Assembly: GCA_963833985.1 (NCBI GenBank)
Contig: CAWIAD010000001.1
Coordinates: forward strand, 2,176,001-2,240,000
Source of the DNA: an uncultured Planctomycetaceae bacterium
GTDB taxonomy: Bacteria > Planctomycetota > Planctomycetia > Isosphaerales > Isosphaeraceae
Length of the DNA: 64,000 bases
Reading direction: 5' to 3'
Shown: piece by piece, positions 51,994 to 61,650 of the stretch
Layout: every line of letters begins with the position of its first letter
Numbering within the stretch: the stretch's first letter is position 1
Notes under the pieces: model-generated
What the model saw: only the letters and a program-made list of their open reading frames with translations
What the model was told of the DNA's origin: nothing
Databases searched by the model: none
Position numbers and translations under genes: made by a program

Positions 51994-53185
51994 TCACTCG
52001 TGGGGCGGGGTTGCGGCCGATGTGCCGGCGAGGTTCCTGCCGCCGGGGCGGATCGACGCTTCGACCTGCATGTTCACGAACCGGGCCGCCGGATCCGGCT
52101 GGTCCAGCGCGATGGTCACCTTGATGACGCGGCGGTCTTGCAGATCGCGCGGGTCGAGGCTCGCGAGCTGGTTCTTGCCGACCATGGTGCCGATGGCCGT
52201 CACCTTGCCCGCAACCGTGTCCCCGAGGATGGACACCGTTGCCGGGTCGCTGAGCCGGAGCCGGGGGACGTCGCTCTGGAAGACCTCCGCGGTGGCGACT
52301 ATCGCGGAGAGGTCGCCCAGGGCCAGGAGTGGTCCGCTGCTGACCTCGCCCGCGTGTGCCAGGACCTCGAGGACTGTTCCCGCGGACGGGGCCCGAACCT
52401 CGGTCTGCGCAACGCCCGCCACGGCCAGGTCAATCTGGCGGTCCAGCAACACCAGCACGGGATGGCCATCGCCCAGCTCGGCGTCCTCGAGCGCGGCGCT
52501 GGCGCGGCAGCAGTTCCTGGGCCACCTGGTACGACTTGATCTGGAGCTCGCCCTCCAACGCCCGGGTCTGAATCTCGAAGTAGCGTGCCTCGAGCTCGAA
52601 CCGCTCCTTGCCCTTGAGCGTGGACCCGAGTTCCTTGTAGAGCCTGGTGATCTCGTCGAGTTGCTGCTTTGACGAGAAGACACGCATGGCGGATTCGAGC
52701 TTCGCCTTCTGCGTCCGGTCGAATTGCTCGCGTTCGATCGCCAGCTTCTGCTTCTGGACCGATCGGTCGCGCAGGGCCTTCTCCTTCTGGGTCTTCGCGA
52801 GGGCAAGCTGTGCTTCGGCCTGCTCATGTCCTTCCAGGATGGCCAGATGCTGGCCAGCGGCGACGGATGCATGGGCCGCGACCAGGATTTGCTCGATGCG
52901 CGCACCTGGCCGGGCGCCCACGATCACCAGCCCCGTGGAGGGCTCGAGCCGCGCCAGGGCGTGCACGTTGGACGGCTCGGTTGCGCTGGGTGCGTCCCGG
53001 CCGGGCGCGGGCTGCGTCTGCCGTGCCGCGACCCGGCCGGCGAGCCAGAGCAAGGCAGAGCATGAGATGAGCGCCAGCGCGAGCACCATCCAGAGCGGCC
53101 GACGGTAAGCCAGGACCACGCGCATGATGGCCGGTGTTTTCGGGACTGCGCGATCATGCATCGCTCGGGCTCCAGGCTGGACCAT
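51994..53185 (-). CDS. devB: DevB-type HlyD membrane fusion protein (frameshift ~52503)
   Basis: TM anchor, VHALARLEP, coiled coil, VRAPSAGTVL, AEVFQSD, DRRVIKV, NMQVEA. Confidence 0.85.
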
Positions 53186-53218
53186 GATCCCTGCCGGGCG
53201 GCAGCAAGGAAGGAATGA

Positions 53219-54058
53219 TCATAGACCAGTCCGGAGCGGCGATCCAGGACTTTTGGGGCGGAGCCCCGGCCGCGACATCGCGGCCGGCTCCGGGCGATCG
53301 ACGAGTTCAGCCAACCTTCGCCAGCGCCGGGCGCTCTTGCCGGCCGCGGCCGCGGAGACAAACGACTCGATAAGCTGCATGTCCAGCGAGATGTGCCCCT
53401 CGTTCTCGGGGTGCCACTGAACGCCGACCACCCACCAGCCCGGGTCCTTGCCTTCGAACGCCTCGATCAGGCCATCGGGAGCCAGCGCCGCCACGCGGAA
53501 GTTGGGGGCGAGCTTGCGCACTCCCTGGTGGTGGTAGCTGTTCACGCGGATCTCTCCAGGACCGTAGATCTCCTCCAGCCGGGTCTTCGGCTGCATCACC
53601 ACGGTGTGGCGATGGGCGCCGCCGTGCGGGTCGTAGTGGGGGATGCTGCGGGGCATGTCCTCGGGCAGATGGACGAACAGCGAGCCGCCCGAAATGATGT
53701 TCAGCTCCTGCATGCCCAGACCAATGCCGAGCGTCGGGATGCGGGCCTGCTGGACCAGCTTGCAGAGGAGCCGGTCGGCGATCTCTCTGCGCTCGGGAAT
53801 GAGAGTGACAGAGGGGTGGAAGGGCATGCCCAGCTTGCGCGGGTCGAGGTCGTCGCCGCCGGTCAGCACCACGCCGTCCAGCCGCTCGAGGATGGGCAAG
53901 AGCTCGCTCTCGCGGATGAGGGGGGGAATCATGACCGGCAGCGCGTTGGCCGTGAGCAGGCTATCATAGTAGCCGCTGGCCGTCATGCTGCACGCGGTCT
54001 TCGTCTTGGCGGAAATCCGGAAGTCCGAGTTGATACCGATGAGCGGACGGTGAGTCAT
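53219..54058 (-). CDS. Peptidase C26/PuuD-like class I glutamine amidotransferase, catalytic Cys absent
   Basis: RPLIGIN, LTGGDDLDP, VNSYHHQ, APDGLIEA, GVQWHPE; nucleophile elbow reads LGIGLG. True stop may be ~53307 if an indel lies near 53330. Confidence 0.85.
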   Translation of the reverse strand: MTHRPLIGINSDFRISAKTKTACSMTASGYYDSLLTANALPVMIPPLIRESELLPILERLDGVVLTGGDDLDPRKLGMPFHPSVTLIPERREIADRLLCKLVQQARIPTLGIGLGMQELNIISGGSLFVHLPEDMPRSIPHYDPHGGAHRHTVVMQPKTRLEEIYGPGEIRVNSYHHQGVRKLAPNFRVAALAPDGLIEAFEGKDPGWWVVGVQWHPENEGHISLDMQLIESFVSAAAAGKSARRWRRLAELVDRPEPAAMSRPGLRPKSPGSPLRTGL

Positions 54059-54379
54059 GGCCGGCGTCCTTTCCGTGCAATAGGTCTCAGCGAAATCCAT
54101 TCGTTGACCGTCTCGATTGCGACCCGCGATGGTGGTCGAGGCCGCTCACTCAAGGCCGACTGAGTCTAGACAAGGCCGATCGCGAACTTCAAGAAAAATC
54201 TCCGTGGAAGTGACGGATTTCCCGGGTTTTTTTCGAAAGCTGCCGCGGTTGGGAAGCCAGGTTTTCCGAATCGTCCGCCTCCCTCGCCACCGGTCATGTT
54301 CGCATGAACAGAACTGGAGCCGGCCGGCCCGGTTGGCACGTGTTTTTGGGAAGGCGGATGCACAGCGGCAAAGGAGTGG

Positions 54380-56212
54380 TCAGCGGCCCGATACCGGGCC
54401 GGCGCTGGCCTGCGTCTCCAGGCTCGTGGACTGTGAAGTTCCGGGCATTGGTAGATAATCATTTTTAATATAGCGAATGATCATTTCAAGATCATTATCA
54501 GTGAGCTGGTCGCGGCTGAAGGGAGGCATCTTCGCGGCCTCGCCGAAGAACTCGTAGAGGTCGGGGGCAGCGGGCTTGCGAATCATCCGCGCAAGCCAGC
54601 GCGGTGAACCCCAGGCGAAGAGGCCGGGCGCGTCGCGGAGCCCGCCCTCGGTATAACCCTGGATCTCGTGGCACGCCCCGCATTCCTTCTGGAATGCCGC
54701 ACTGCCGGGGTGGTCCGAGACACCGGGGCTGTTCAGCCATTCCTCGACCGACTGATCGGCCGGAATCCGTGCGAACGACGCCACGAAATCCGCCACGTCC
54801 TCGAGCGCCTTGCCCTTGAGCCTGGAGCTCTTCTTCCATTCCGCCATGCCGCCCGCGCCCTTCACCTTGCCGAAATAGGCATTGTCCGCGGGGTTTTCGA
54901 GCAGTCCGCGGACCCACGCCCGGGAGCCAAAGTCGCGCAGCTCGGCCGCGGTTTGTTCGCCTGCGCCGCTGCTCGCGCCCCGGCCCCCGTAGACATGGCA
55001 GCCCAGGCATTTGGTCTCGAGTGCGGCGCGCCCCTGGGTGAGCGGATCTTGCCGCAGCAGGAACCCGGCGCCGGCCGGCGGCACGCCCGCTGCCGGGCTG
55101 GCCGCCAGGAAAAGCGCTCGCTGCCGGGCCTCGTCGGCCCTGTGCCGGGCCTCCTGGAACTGCCGGTCGCTCGCGTCGGCATGCACGGCCTCCCAGGTCA
55201 GGTAGCCCGCGCCACCAAGCAGCCCGAGGACCACGGCGCACGCCAGCACGTGCACAAACCTGACGGGCAAGAGCCGGTCCAGGAACGGCAGGACGAACAG
55301 GAAGGCCAGTACCGTGAGTGGCACAACAATCGACCCCACCCACTCCAGGCGTCCTGGAAAGTGCTTGAGCATCTGGAAAAGGAAGAGGAAGAACCATTCG
55401 GGCCGGGCGGGAAAGTCCGCGCTGGACGGGTCCGCCGGCGCGTCCAGCGGTGCCCCGCCGGTTGCCAGGACAAGCCCGACCATGATCGCGAGGAGCAGCG
55501 CGCAGGCAGCCGAGTTCTTGAAGCTCTGAGCGGGCCAGTAGCTCTCCACATTCGAAGGGTCAGCCGCGGAGGCTGTCAGACCGTGGCGCCGGGTGAGCCT
55601 GAGATGCGCGTAAACGCAGAGGGAGAAAAGGATGGGCAAAACTGCCACGTGCAGCGCGAAGAGTCGTGTGAGCGTCTGATTACCATATTCGGTTCCGCCC
55701 ATGAGCAGCGTCTTCACGGAGGGGCCCACATAGGGTACGCCGCTGGCAATATTCGTCATGACCTTGGTGGCCCAGTATCCCTTCTGGTCCCAGGGAAGCT
55801 GGTAGCCGGTATGACCGAAGCCGATGGTCAGCACCAGCAGCAGCAGCCCGGACCACCAGGTGAACCCGCGCGGAGTGCGGTAGGCGCCGGAGAGCAAGGT
55901 CCGCACCAGATGGCAGACCAGCAGGATCATGACTGCCGACGCCCCCACATGGTGCATGCCGCGGATGAACCAGCCCATCGCCAGCACGTTGTTGATGTAG
56001 AACACACTGCCCCAGGCCGAGGCCGATGACGGGCTGTAGGCGGTCATCATCAGCAGACCGGTGAATGCCTGGATAAGCACGGCCGAGAAGAGCACCGGCC
56101 CGAAGACGTACCGCCAGCGCGAGCCACCGGGAATCGGCTCATCGCGATGGGAGCGCATCAGGGCTCGGTCACCGGTCCGTTCGTCGAGCCAGTTCGCATC
56201 GTTGTTAGGCAA
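54380..56212 (-). CDS. Cytochrome b fused to subunit-IV-like region and two c-type heme domains
   Basis: GWFIRGMHH, TGYQLPWDQKGYWA, TLTRLFALH, RPEWFFL, CLGCH and CGACH. TTG start overlaps the Rieske stop. Confidence 0.92.
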   Translation of the reverse strand: MPNNDANWLDERTGDRALMRSHRDEPIPGGSRWRYVFGPVLFSAVLIQAFTGLLMMTAYSPSSASAWGSVFYINNVLAMGWFIRGMHHVGASAVMILLVCHLVRTLLSGAYRTPRGFTWWSGLLLLVLTIGFGHTGYQLPWDQKGYWATKVMTNIASGVPYVGPSVKTLLMGGTEYGNQTLTRLFALHVAVLPILFSLCVYAHLRLTRRHGLTASAADPSNVESYWPAQSFKNSAACALLLAIMVGLVLATGGAPLDAPADPSSADFPARPEWFFLFLFQMLKHFPGRLEWVGSIVVPLTVLAFLFVLPFLDRLLPVRFVHVLACAVVLGLLGGAGYLTWEAVHADASDRQFQEARHRADEARQRALFLAASPAAGVPPAGAGFLLRQDPLTQGRAALETKCLGCHVYGGRGASSGAGEQTAAELRDFGSRAWVRGLLENPADNAYFGKVKGAGGMAEWKKSSRLKGKALEDVADFVASFARIPADQSVEEWLNSPGVSDHPGSAAFQKECGACHEIQGYTEGGLRDAPGLFAWGSPRWLARMIRKPAAPDLYEFFGEAAKMPPFSRDQLTDNDLEMIIRYIKNDYLPMPGTSQSTSLETQASAGPVSGR

Positions 56213-56744
56213 GGGGAATCTGCTCCTCGGCCAGGGGCCGGAACCGCTGGAACCTGACGCGCACCGCGGGATCCGCATCGGTCGTCATTCGGACCTCGAG
56301 ACGGTCCATCGGCCGCGGGGGCACCTGATTCTCGGGCTTGCCTTCCAGGTCGAAGGCACTGGTGTGGCAAGGGCACAGGAAGCTCCGGCCGTCGGCCGCG
56401 AGGTTGATGGCACAGCCCAGGTGCGGACACTCCGCGGTGTAGGCGATTACCGGTGAGCCAGCGCCCTCAGGCTCGCGCACGAGCCAGACCGAGCCGACGG
56501 GCTCGCTGGGATACTTCACCCAGGCGTCACTGCGATCCTGAATGATTGCAAAGGACCGCGGCTCGCCGACTTTGAGATGGCTCAGGCTGGATACCGTGGT
56601 GAACTCATCGGCCTCCTGACGGCGGCCCTGGCTCCTCTTGAGCAACGGGGAAGCAAGGAACGCCACGGCTGGCACGGCGCACACCAGGGTCGTCAGGCTT
56701 TGCAGCAGGATGCAGCCGTAGCGGTACAGGTCGCGACGGGTCAT
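56205..56744 (-). CDS. Rieske [2Fe-2S] subunit
   Basis: Twin-Arg TRR N-terminus with TM, CPHLGC and CPCH boxes, PPRPM. Confidence 0.93.
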   Translation of the reverse strand: MTRRDLYRYGCILLQSLTTLVCAVPAVAFLASPLLKRSQGRRQEADEFTTVSSLSHLKVGEPRSFAIIQDRSDAWVKYPSEPVGSVWLVREPEGAGSPVIAYTAECPHLGCAINLAADGRSFLCPCHTSAFDLEGKPENQVPPRPMDRLEVRMTTDADPAVRVRFQRFRPLAEEQIPLA

Positions 56745-56988
56745 GGGAATCTCCCCGGGATCAGCGATCAGCGATCAGGGTGGAGGCAAGGAATATCTCA
56801 TGGACCGGCCGAATGCGGATTCCCTGGGCGGGGTCGGTGCACGGCCTGGGTGCACGCGACAGGGAAGGGCGGAACTGGCAGGAAGGTCAGCGAAACACTC
56901 GACCCACGAGCAACTACCTCAGGAAACCAGGCCGGCTCCCGCGAGGGCCAGGCGGCCTGCCTTGCTTCTGACGTCGATGCCGACTTTC

Positions 56989-57994
56989 CTATCCTTGCCC
57001 GGAAGCAGGCGCCGGATCAAGTGCCTGGCGAACCGCGGCAAGCACTCGTTCGACGTTCGGCTCCAACGGTCCGGCGAGAGTAAGGCCCGCGGCCGCACGG
57101 TGACCTCCTCCGCCCAGCGTGGCCGCCAGCCGGGCGCAATCCAGGCCGTTCCGCGATCGCAACGACGCCTTCACTCCTCCGCGCCTGCTCGATGAAAAGG
57201 ACCCCCACGTCAACGCCGCGCAAACTCACCGTGAAGTCCACCAGGTCCTCGGAGTCCTGTGCAATCGCGCCCGTACGCTCCAGGTCCGCACGCGAGATCA
57301 CCGCGTAAGCGAGCCGGCCGTCGAGCTCCGTGCGCAGGCCGGCCAGCGTCTGTCCCATGAGCCGCAGCCGGCCCAGCGTGTTGCGTTCGAAGAGGTCGCG
57401 GTAGATCGTGGCGATCTCGGCGCCCGCGTCGATCAGCTCGGCGACGGCACGGAGCGTTCGGGCGCGGGTGTTGGTGTGACGAAACCAGCCGGTATCCATG
57501 GCGATGGCCGTCAGGAGCCCGGTGGCCACCTCGCGGGTGAGCTCGGCCCGGAGCACCCTGGCCGCATCCATTACCAGCATTCCCGTCGCCTCGGCAGCCG
57601 TGTCCTTGAGGAACAGTGCACCCAGATCATCCTGGCTGACATGGTGGTCGATCACCGCGCGCGGGCCAGGGAACACCCGGATGTATTCGGCCATGTCGCC
57701 AAGCTGGCTCCAGGCCGAAAGGTCGAGGATGATCGCCACCTGGCGGTCGGCCAGGTCGGAGGGCTGCACCGAGTGTGCGTAGTGCTCGAAGAGCGTGCGC
57801 GGCGGATCGAGAAAGTCGTAGCGAGGTGGCATGTGACTGACGTTCACCACGCGCACGTCCTTCCCCTTCTGCCGCAGGATCCCGGCCATGGCCGCTTCCG
57901 ACCCCAGAGCGTCGCCGTCGGGCCGGATATGGGTCGTCACCAGGAACCGGTCATGGCGTTCGATCAGGTCAACCAGCGGCGTCCAGTCGATCAT
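56989..57994 (-). CDS. nrnA: DHH/DHHA1 phosphoesterase, NrnA-like (frameshift ~57180)
   Basis: HIRPDGDALGS, IDHH, DTGWF, then KASLRS and GGGGHRAAAG in the second frame. Confidence 0.9.
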
Positions 57995-58226
57995 CAGTGC
58001 TCGGCTCTGGGAAGGGCAAATTTGTCTTGTGACATGGCTATCAGCGTAGCCGGAGCGGGAACCGGACCGCAATGGCAGCGACCACGCTGTGCGCCGCGGA
58101 GGATCTTAGGCCGACGTCGTTACCTGCCAGCGGTTCAGCGGCTCACGGCCTCGTTGCCCCTGGCCGGTGTGGGTGCTACGTTGGCGCGACAACGCATGCC
58201 ATGAAGGTCGAACGGGAGATCCGACG

Positions 58227-60209
58227 ATGACGCGCTCTCGATTCTGCTGGACAACGCTGCTCTTGACCTGCCTCGCCTCGTGGGCCCGGTCCGCGGACGT
58301 GATCGTCGTGGACGTGAAGCATCCGGGCCCGGAGATCTCACCTCTGCTGTTCGGGCAGAACCTTGAGCATACTCGCCATTCGGTCTGGCAGGGCCTGTCG
58401 GCCCAGTTGCTCGCGAACCGGAAATTCGCGGGTCCCGTGAGCGCAGATGGCCCTGATGGGCGAAAGGTGGTTCGCGGCGCCATCAGCCCGGACGGCGTGG
58501 TGGCCCGCTGGTTGGCAGTCGGCCCGGATCCGGCTGAGTTCACAGCCGACACCACCGCGGCTTTCGCGGGCAGCCAATCCCAGCGCATTCGCATCGCGGG
58601 CCAGGGCCGGGGAGGAATCGGCCAGCGCGGGCTCGCATTGCAGCAAGGCAAGGACCATGAACTTCGCCTTCAGGTCAAGACCGACCGGCCCACCGAACTC
58701 GTCGTCCGGCTTGTCTCCGATCACGGTCCCGAGGTCTACGCCGAGGGTCGGATCGCGCTCGCTGCGGGATCGTGGCAAGGTTACCAGTGCACCTTGAAGC
58801 CGGCAAAGACCGATGCGTCCGCCCGCCTCGAGCTGGTCTTCCATGGTCCGGCCACCGTCTGGATGGGTGCGGCATCGCTCTTGCCGAAAGGCCATTTTCA
58901 CGGCCTGCGGCGCGATGTTGTGGACCTGCTCAAGGAGATTTCGGTTCCACTGCTACGCTGGCCCGGCGGCAATTACACGCGTGACTACCGCTGGCAAGAC
59001 GGGCTCTTGCCCGTCGATCAACGTCCTACCATCGCCATTACCTGGCACGAAACCCAGCCGTTCGCCGACAACGTCGATGCCCACGAGATTGGCACGGACG
59101 ACTTTTTGGCCCTCTGCCACGAGCTGGGCGCCGAGCCGGCCATCACCTTGAACCTTGACCCGCGATTGACCACGCCCGAGGATGCCGCGGCCTGGGTGCA
59201 GTATTGCAACGGCCCAGCGGACAGTAAGTGGGGAAAGGTGCGCGCAGCGCGTGGTCATGCCGGGCCGTATCATGTCAAGTACTGGACGATCGGCAACGAG
59301 GTCTGGGGCGGCTGGATGGGGCCGACTCACAGTGATGCGAAGCACTACTCCGAGCACATCTTGCAGTACAGCGCCGCCATGAAGCAGGCCGATCCCTCGG
59401 TCATCTTGATCGCGTCCGGCTTGCGCGGTCAGTGGGACACGGACTTGCTGGCTCATGCGGCCGGGCAAATCGACCTGATCAGCGAGCACGACTACGCTTC
59501 CGAAGGCAAGGCCCACGCAGCGCATCCCGGCACCGCGGAGCTGGCTCGCCTGGTGCAGGCTCCCGCAGTCACTGTCTTGCCCATGCTCCGCGAGGTTCGC
59601 CAGGCCGCCGACCGGCTGCCGGCAGGGCGTCGCGTCGGGATCGCCTTTGACGAATGGAACGTCTGGCACAACTGGTTCGTCCGGCCGTTCGAGAACACCT
59701 GGAGCGTCGGCCCGATCGACGGCATCTACGCCGCCACGTTGCTGAACCTGCTATGCCGGGAAGCCAGCCCGCTGAAACTCGAGATGGCGGCCTTCTTCGA
59801 GCCCGTCAACGAGGGGGCCATCGACGTTCAACCCTTCTCCGCGCGCTTGACCGCGGTCGGACAGGTGTTTTCGCTGTACAGAGCGCATCACGGCCAGAGA
59901 TTGCTCAAAGCCCGCCTCGGCGGCAACCCGGCATCTCTCGACGCGTGTGCGTCGCTGGATCACGCCGGGCGGACCATCGCGCTGACCGTTGTGAACCGCG
60001 ATCCCGAGCATTCCCAGCAGGTCCTCATCAAGCCGGAGGGCGTGACCGGCGTTCGTGACGCCATGGCACGCCTGCTGACGGTGCCTGAGCTTGCGGCGAA
60101 CGCAGGTTTCGACGAACGAAGGGAGACGCTGCCGATTGACCACGGATCCGCGGTCTTGAGTTTACCGCGCTACGGCATCGCGCTCGTCCAGATGAGCGTG
60201 AGCCAGTAG
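58227..60209 (+). CDS. Secreted GH51 alpha-L-arabinofuranosidase
   Basis: Signal peptide, ISPLLFGQNLEH, LRWPGGN, WTIGNEVWG, IAFDEWN. Confidence 0.9.
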   Translation: MTRSRFCWTTLLLTCLASWARSADVIVVDVKHPGPEISPLLFGQNLEHTRHSVWQGLSAQLLANRKFAGPVSADGPDGRKVVRGAISPDGVVARWLAVGPDPAEFTADTTAAFAGSQSQRIRIAGQGRGGIGQRGLALQQGKDHELRLQVKTDRPTELVVRLVSDHGPEVYAEGRIALAAGSWQGYQCTLKPAKTDASARLELVFHGPATVWMGAASLLPKGHFHGLRRDVVDLLKEISVPLLRWPGGNYTRDYRWQDGLLPVDQRPTIAITWHETQPFADNVDAHEIGTDDFLALCHELGAEPAITLNLDPRLTTPEDAAAWVQYCNGPADSKWGKVRAARGHAGPYHVKYWTIGNEVWGGWMGPTHSDAKHYSEHILQYSAAMKQADPSVILIASGLRGQWDTDLLAHAAGQIDLISEHDYASEGKAHAAHPGTAELARLVQAPAVTVLPMLREVRQAADRLPAGRRVGIAFDEWNVWHNWFVRPFENTWSVGPIDGIYAATLLNLLCREASPLKLEMAAFFEPVNEGAIDVQPFSARLTAVGQVFSLYRAHHGQRLLKARLGGNPASLDACASLDHAGRTIALTVVNRDPEHSQQVLIKPEGVTGVRDAMARLLTVPELAANAGFDERRETLPIDHGSAVLSLPRYGIALVQMSVSQ

Positions 60210-60265
60210 CCCGGGGACAGGCGTGCTCCCGAGCATAGTCTTGCCAGCCTGCCAACGTGGGCCCA

Positions 60266-61253
60266 TCAGGTCGTGTAGCTGCCGGTCCGGAACTGCCCGA
60301 GGTGCCCGCGAATCCAGTCGATCGTCTCTTTCAGGCCGTCGTCCAGGCTGTACTGGGGCTGCCACTGGAACAGAGCCTGGGCCAGCGCCGTACCGGCGAG
60401 CAGGCGTTCGACCTCGCTGGCTGCGGGGCGGAGGCGGTCGGCCTCGCACTCCACCTGAATCGGCCTGCCGACCAGGCGGCCGATGCGCTCCACCAGGTCA
60501 CCGATGGAGATGTCGTCGCCCCGGCCGATGTTCACCGCCCGGCCGATGGCAGCGTCGCAGGCGGCAATGGCGGCAAAACCGCGAGCCGTGTCTTTCACGT
60601 ACGTCAGGTCGCGCCGCGGGTCGAGCCGGCCGAGCTTCACCACCGGCCGGGTGAGCGCCTGGGAGATGATCGTGGGGATGATGGCCCGGGCCGACTGGCG
60701 CGGGCCGAAGGTGTTGAACGGGCGAAGGATCGTGACTGGCAGGCCGAAGGCGCGATGGTAGCTCTCACCCAGCGCGTCCGCGGCAATCTTGGTGGCGGCA
60801 TAAGGCGACTGGCCGCAAAGCGGATGCTGCTCGTCGATCGGCACGTAGCGGGCTGTTCCGTACACTTCCGAGGTCGACGTCAAGACCAGCCGCAAGAGGC
60901 TTGAGGAGTCCCGGCAGGCATCGAGCACGTGCGCTGTGCCGAGGACGTTGGTCTGCACCACGTCGTGCGGGTTCTGGTAGGAGTAGGGGATGGCGATCAG
61001 CGCCTCCCAGGTGGAAGACCCACTCCCGCCCGGCCACTGCGGCCCGGACCGCAACCGGGTCCTTCAGGTCGCCGCGGTTCACTTCCAGCTCCGTCTGAAT
61101 CTCGGCCGGCAGGTCGTCGAGATGGCCCCGATCATCGCGTCCATTGTAGCGCACCAGCACCCGCACCTTGTGCCCGTCACGTACCAGGTGCTCGGTAAGA
61201 TGGCTGCCAATGAAGCCCGCAGCCCCCGTGACCAGAACGGCCTTCGGCATCAT
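60266..61253 (-). CDS. NDP-sugar 4,6-dehydratase/epimerase (frameshift ~61008)
   Basis: VTGAAGFIGSHL, ALIAIPYSY, TSTSEVYG, SPYAATK, RPFNTFGPRQS. Confidence 0.9.
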
Positions 61254-61650
61254 CGATCCACTCCATCGGTCGATTCGAGACCCGGTTCAGCTCGCAACGG
61301 CCTTCGACAGATGTGGCCGCTCTTCTTTCTCGGCATCCGTTTCGCCGGGCCTGCCGGAACGACGGTGCGCATCCTAGGAGTTTTTCCGGCGAATGACCAC
61401 GCGAAACCCCGGGAGACCGGGCGTTCGACCTTTGCCGACTCGAAAAAAGACCGCGATGCGAGCGGCCTGCGGAACCCGGACAGCTTCAAAAGACGCCCAA
61501 GTTGCCCCATGCTTCCCCAAGTTTCTAAAGCCTCCGTTTTGCCTCGTCGATAGTGATTGTCAAGGAGAACCGAGGTCTGGACCTGAACAGCTTCAAACCT
61601 ATGGACGGCTTCCGCGACTGATGATGACACTACGACCCGGAGAACGACCG

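Noticed and set aside
3887..60904. Many long antisense or alternate-frame ORFs (e.g. 3887..5233, 9150..10835, 13291..14856, 23334..25262, 46818..48257)
   Set aside because: Shadow ORFs of real genes caused by high GC3 bias; no recognisable motifs.
2640..61010. About 15 frameshifts (approx. 2650, 6343, 7415, 11720, 15246, 17463, 19822, 20170, 28036, 31940, 32772, 52503, 53330, 57180, 61008) read as pseudogenes or programmed frameshifts
   Set aside because: Mostly in G/C homopolymers or GC dinucleotide runs, they hit housekeeping genes such as uppS and proA, and both halves stay intact. This fits long-read indel errors.
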